Shown here in pieces: positions 59,793 through 64,000 of a DNA stretch of 64,000 nt. Below the pieces are notes generated by a model. It searched no databases and was not told the DNA's origin. It saw nothing but the letters and a program-made list of their open reading frames with translations. Position 1 is the first letter of the stretch. Each line of letters begins with the position of its first letter. The stretch comes from an uncultured Desulfobacter sp. (GTDB taxonomy: Bacteria; Desulfobacterota; Desulfobacteria; Desulfobacterales; Desulfobacteraceae). Location of the stretch: the NCBI GenBank assembly GCA_963665095.1, contig OY762069.1:1056001-1120000 (forward strand). Reading direction: 5' to 3'. The translations under genes and the position numbers were made by a program.

Positions 59793-61928
59793 ATGTTTAC
59801 ACAAGCCGCAACAAGGAACTGGTTCGGGGAATGGACAGATTATTTGGTTGATACCACCCAGCGCAGTATCCTTTTCTGGGATGTTATGCACAAAAGGGGG
59901 AATAACTATCTGTCCCATGTCAGGGAAGGGCAGCCGCCGGTGCTGGCCTTTGATTATGAGATTGTTATGGACGGCAGAACCATGGAGAAGCCGGTGAACT
60001 ATGCACTGGCAGAAATTAAGCCCCCGGAAGGCGTGACCATTGATCCCACCAAACGGCCGGTGGTGGTGATTGATCCCCGGGCAGGGCACGGCCCCGGCAT
60101 TGGCGGTTCCAAACGGGACTCTGAAATCGGCAAGGCCTTTGACAGCGGACACCCGGTCTATTTTATTCTTTTTTATCCCAACCCTGAAGCCGGCCAGACC
60201 CTGTCTGATGTTGAAAAAACAGAAGCCAGGTTTATTGAAATCGTCAGAGAGCGCCATCCCAATGTCCAGGAACCTGCTGTAATCGGCAACTGCCAGGCTG
60301 GCTGGGCCGTGGCCATGCTTGGCGCGGACCGGCCAGACCTTACCGGTCCCATGGTGATCAACGGTTCACCTTTGTCCTACTGGTCCGGTGTTGAGGGCGC
60401 CAATGCCATGCGATACAAAGGCGGGCTTACCGGTGGTGCCTGGGTTGCTCTTTTTATGAGTGATATTGGCGGCGGAATTTTTGACGGCGCGCACCTGGTT
60501 TCCAATTTCGAGGACCTGAACCCTGCCAACACCATCTGGACCAAGCAGTACAGCCTCTACAACAAAATCGACACAGAAGAGAAACGTTACCTTGATTTTG
60601 AAAAGTGGTGGGGTGGTTTTTTCACCATGACCGATGAGGAGATGTCCTTTATCGTAGAAAATCTCTTTGTGGGCAACCGGCTTCAAAATGATGAGGTGAA
60701 CCTTGAGAAGGACAAGACCATTTCCCTTAAAAACCTGGAAGATCCCATGGTGGTATTTGCCTCCAAAGGAGATAACATTACCCCACCCCAGCAGGCCCTG
60801 AACTGGATTGCAGGGGTATACGGGTCTGTGGATGAAATCCGCCGGCTTAAACAGGTCATTGTCTACAGAGTACATGAGAAAATTGGTCACCTGGGCATTT
60901 TTGTATCCGCCTCCGTAGCCAATAAAGAACACCAGGAAATCATCGGTGGCCTTGACATGCTTGAATTCCTGCAGCCTGGCCTTTATGAGATGATCATTGA
61001 GGAGAAAGAAGGTGAGGCCGGCATCACTGACTATAATGTCCGGTACGAAGAGCGGGAGATGGAGGACATCCTGAACATGGACGACGGCCAGGAGGATGAA
61101 AAAGGGTTTGAAACCCTGGCACAGGTATCTGAAATAAATGTAAAAAACTATAAAACCTATGTTCGTCCGTTTGTTAAAATGATGGTCAACCCGTTTACCG
61201 CCGAGATGTCCCGTCAGCTTCACCCTTTACGGCTTCAGCGCACGCTGTTTTCCGATCTTAATCCCATGATGTGGGGGTTAACTCCTGTGGCAGACCTGGT
61301 AAAGGCCAACAGAAAACCACTCACCGGTGACAACTGGTTTAAAGACCAGGAGACAAAGGTCAGCAAAAAAATTGTGGGGGGCCTTGAAAACTTTCGTGAA
61401 AAACGGGATCTGGGCCAGGAAAAGATCTTCTACATGATCTATGACAATCCCTATATCCGTTCCATGTTCGGAAAAACCAAAGAGACAACCCAGAAAAATT
61501 CTGAAGCGCAGGCCGCAGCCCAAGCTAAGACCCAGGCAGAGATCAAGGCAGACACAGCCCAGTGGATGAATAAAATCGAGGACGGCGGTTTCCAGGAAGC
61601 AGCCATCCGGGTGATGCTGGCCATGGCAGGTGCAGACCAGTCCTTTGACAAGCGCGAATACCAGGCGGCTGAGAAACTGACCAAGCAGAATATGCGCTTA
61701 CGCTTCCTCAAGGTGGAGGAGTTCAGGGAAAAGGTAAAAGAGCAGTCCAGAATCCTGCAAACCGATTCTAATAAAGCCATTGACGCCCTGGCAACCATGC
61801 TGCCTGATGAAAAAGACAGGCAGGAGGTACTGGAAATTGCCCGGGCCATTGCCAATGCTGATGATATTATCCATGACAAGGAACAAACACTTCTCAGCGA
61901 AATTGAATCCGTACTTGCTGACTCATAA
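59793..61928 (+). CDS. DUF3141 alpha/beta hydrolase (PHA synthase/depolymerase-like) with C-terminal TerB-like domain
   Basis: DPRAGHGPGIGG, GNCQAGW, GDNITPP, GHLGIF; C-terminal LAMAGAD...E / AIANAD...E pattern. Confidence 0.8.
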   Translation: MFTQAATRNWFGEWTDYLVDTTQRSILFWDVMHKRGNNYLSHVREGQPPVLAFDYEIVMDGRTMEKPVNYALAEIKPPEGVTIDPTKRPVVVIDPRAGHGPGIGGSKRDSEIGKAFDSGHPVYFILFYPNPEAGQTLSDVEKTEARFIEIVRERHPNVQEPAVIGNCQAGWAVAMLGADRPDLTGPMVINGSPLSYWSGVEGANAMRYKGGLTGGAWVALFMSDIGGGIFDGAHLVSNFEDLNPANTIWTKQYSLYNKIDTEEKRYLDFEKWWGGFFTMTDEEMSFIVENLFVGNRLQNDEVNLEKDKTISLKNLEDPMVVFASKGDNITPPQQALNWIAGVYGSVDEIRRLKQVIVYRVHEKIGHLGIFVSASVANKEHQEIIGGLDMLEFLQPGLYEMIIEEKEGEAGITDYNVRYEEREMEDILNMDDGQEDEKGFETLAQVSEINVKNYKTYVRPFVKMMVNPFTAEMSRQLHPLRLQRTLFSDLNPMMWGLTPVADLVKANRKPLTGDNWFKDQETKVSKKIVGGLENFREKRDLGQEKIFYMIYDNPYIRSMFGKTKETTQKNSEAQAAAQAKTQAEIKADTAQWMNKIEDGGFQEAAIRVMLAMAGADQSFDKREYQAAEKLTKQNMRLRFLKVEEFREKVKEQSRILQTDSNKAIDALATMLPDEKDRQEVLEIARAIANADDIIHDKEQTLLSEIESVLADS

Positions 61929-61940
61929 GCCGCAGAAAAG

Positions 61941-61981
61941 ATACCCCATGGCACCTTTTTGCCTGTTGCCATGGGGGGTAT
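61941..61981 (+). other. Intergenic hairpin
   Basis: ATACCCCATGGCA...TGCCATGGGGGGTAT; no strong U-tail. Confidence 0.5.
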
Positions 61982-62020
61982 TCGCCCTTTAAGCGTAAAG
62001 GATATTTGAAAGGAACATAT

Positions 62021-64000
62021 ATGAATGCCCAGCAGGTTGCCTCGTACCTGAAAAACGAGGTGACACTTTTTCAGATGTTTAGGGAAGACGAAATCCAGGC
62101 CTTAGTGAATGGATCGCGTCTTGCCGCCTATGAACCCAATGAATTTATATTTGAATTCGGTGAAGACCAGTCCCATTTAGGCATTATGCTCGAAGGGGAT
62201 GCAGAATTTTCCATCACCCGGAACAATGGAGACAGGCAGGTGATCGGCGGGGTCAAGGCAGGTGAATTTTTTGGAGAGGCTGCCATGATGACGGGCGATC
62301 CCTGTGTGGCCGACTGTATCTGCACATCTGCCAGCCGGGCCCTGCTCATCCCAAGGGAACTGTGCGCAGTAAGGATTATGACCAACCCAGCAGCCCTGGT
62401 CCATCTGTCCAGAAACCTTGTCTCAAGCCTGAAACAGGGTACCAGCCAGGAAAACACAGGACTGGCCTCCATCCCGAGCCCCAGTGATGACCCGTATGGT
62501 CTGACATTGCGCACTGAACAGCCCATGAAGTTGTTAATCATCAACTGCGGCTCATCCTCTCTAAAGTTCACCCTCTTTGACACCATGGACACCCAGAGTT
62601 TTGCCAGGGGACAGGTTGAACGCATCGGCCTTCCCGATGCCCTTTTAACCCTTGACTCATCCAACGGCAATACGGAGATGCCTCTGCCGGATAACAGCCA
62701 TTCAAGCGCGTTTTCCGCCATGCTTACGTCACTGAAAGGTGCGGGAATAATCACAAACCTTGCGGAGATCACCGCCGTGGCCCATAGGAACTCCCTGGGA
62801 GGCGAAAAACACAGAGGCGCCGTGCTGGTCACCGAAGAGATAATTAAAGAGATGGAGGGGTATACCCCCATCTTTCCTTTGCACAACCCCCATATTATCA
62901 ACGGTATTCGGGTAGCTCAGACGCTTTTGCCAGACGCCATCCATGTCACGGTGTTTGACAGCTCCTTTCACAATACGATCCCTTCATTTGCCTATCTCTA
63001 TGCCCTGCCCTACGAATACTATAAGGAGAAAGGCCTGCGGCGATTCGGTTACCACGGCAGTTCCCACAAGTATGCCTCTTTAAAAGCGGCCCAGTTTCTA
63101 AAAAAGCCGTTTAACAAGCTTGAAACCATTGTCTGCCATTTGGGCAGCGGTTCCTCCATCTGCGGTATTGACCATGGCAGGTCCGTGGATACCACCATGG
63201 GTTTTTCCCCCCTGGAAGGGCTGATCATGGGTACACGGTGCGGAGATCTTGATCCGGGGCTTCTTCTCTACCTGATGAAATACGAGGGCATGGGGTATGA
63301 CGATTTAGACGACCTGCTCAACCGTAAAAGCGGACTTTTAGGGCTTTCCGGAGTATCCAGCGACATGCGCGAGATTCAGGCGGCAGCGGATGAGGGTAAC
63401 AACCGGGCTATGCTGGCGATAAAGACGTATGCGTATCGGGTACGAAAATACATTGGGGCCTATGTGGCAGCCATGGAAGGCTTAGACGTGCTGGTATTCA
63501 CCGGTGGCATCGGCCAGGGCAGCGTACTGATCCGAAGTCTTGCCTGCCAGGGTCTGGCCAGAATGGGCATCTGTCTTGATGAAGAGAAAAATCGTAAAGC
63601 CGATGGGTTTAATACCATTACAGACATTGCAGCCAAAGACGCCCTTGTCCGGATTCTGGTGATTCCGGCGGATGAGGAACGCATGATCGCCAGAGACACT
63701 CTGGCCACCCTGGAGCGGCAAAAGGTGATTGGCCTGCAGAACACCCTTGCCCCCATGCCTGTGACCATTGAAGTATCCGCCCACCATATCCATTTAAGCC
63801 AGGAACATGTAGAAGCCTTGTTTGGCACCGGTCACAAACTTACCCGCATGCGTGATCTCAACATCCCATCCGCCTTTGCCTGTGAAGAAAAAGTCAACCT
63901 CATCGGCCCCAAGGGCCAGGTAAAAAATGTCCGGATTCTCGGGCCTGAACGCCCTGAAACCCAGGTGGAGATCTCCATGACCGAGCAGTACAAACTGGGT
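62021..64000 (+). CDS. ackA: cNMP-binding domain / acetate kinase / PduL phosphotransacylase fusion (3' truncated by window edge)
   Basis: Open from ATG 62021 (AAAGGA RBS) to window end. GEFFGEAAMM (cNMP); INCGSSSLK, PLHN, FDSSFH, HLGSGSS, MGTRCGD, FTGGIG, DEE (Ack); IEVSAHHIHLS, VRILGPERPETQVEIS (PduL). Confidence 0.9.
   Translation, partial: MNAQQVASYLKNEVTLFQMFREDEIQALVNGSRLAAYEPNEFIFEFGEDQSHLGIMLEGDAEFSITRNNGDRQVIGGVKAGEFFGEAAMMTGDPCVADCICTSASRALLIPRELCAVRIMTNPAALVHLSRNLVSSLKQGTSQENTGLASIPSPSDDPYGLTLRTEQPMKLLIINCGSSSLKFTLFDTMDTQSFARGQVERIGLPDALLTLDSSNGNTEMPLPDNSHSSAFSAMLTSLKGAGIITNLAEITAVAHRNSLGGEKHRGAVLVTEEIIKEMEGYTPIFPLHNPHIINGIRVAQTLLPDAIHVTVFDSSFHNTIPSFAYLYALPYEYYKEKGLRRFGYHGSSHKYASLKAAQFLKKPFNKLETIVCHLGSGSSICGIDHGRSVDTTMGFSPLEGLIMGTRCGDLDPGLLLYLMKYEGMGYDDLDDLLNRKSGLLGLSGVSSDMREIQAAADEGNNRAMLAIKTYAYRVRKYIGAYVAAMEGLDVLVFTGGIGQGSVLIRSLACQGLARMGICLDEEKNRKADGFNTITDIAAKDALVRILVIPADEERMIARDTLATLERQKVIGLQNTLAPMPVTIEVSAHHIHLSQEHVEALFGTGHKLTRMRDLNIPSAFACEEKVNLIGPKGQVKNVRILGPERPETQVEISMTEQYKLG

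Noticed and set aside
62128..63828. Minus-strand ORFs listed in the track near the window end
   Set aside because: Antisense shadows of the plus-strand cNMP-Ack-PduL frame
1..64000. Many short overlapping or antisense ORFs; searched by eye for CRISPR arrays, tRNA/rRNA, transposases, integrases and phage genes
   Set aside because: Shadow ORFs lack motifs and RBS and overlap well-supported genes; none of those elements was recognised

Overview
Bacterial chromosomal window. Gene content and style suggest an anaerobic sulfate reducer of the Desulfobacteraceae type (inference). 1-41.6 kb is mostly core and signalling genes: dxs (partial), tlyA, a divergent EF-G paralogue, NhaD, CoA-disulfide reductase-rhodanese, a hybrid kinase with an HD-GYP regulator, MntR/DtxR, an expanded mglB-mglA cluster, ftsB, murJ, rpsT, lptE, leuS, rpsF-rpsR-DUF2232-rplI-dnaB-hflX. 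It also holds a multiply disrupted three-gene operon behind an intact sigma-54 promoter (7.3-10.0 kb). 41.7-59.5 kb is an accessory metabolic island. It encodes a double-cubane-cluster reductase with its activator and a corrinoid methyl-transfer system (three UroD-fold methyltransferases, a methyl-THF methyltransferase, two corrinoid proteins, an ASKHA activase, DUF1638, DUF2284, MFS). The island also has two HutC-type GntR regulators, a repeated palindromic operator, and an operon joining a NarI-like cytochrome b, a 2x[4Fe-4S] protein and a tetraheme cytochrome c3 to MetV-MetF, the best candidate for an undescribed system. The window ends with a DUF3141 PHA-synthase-like protein and a truncated cNMP-binding/acetate kinase/PduL triple fusion missing from the ORF track. 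No rRNA, tRNA, CRISPR array or transposase was recognised. All family calls come from motif recognition by eye; no database search was run.
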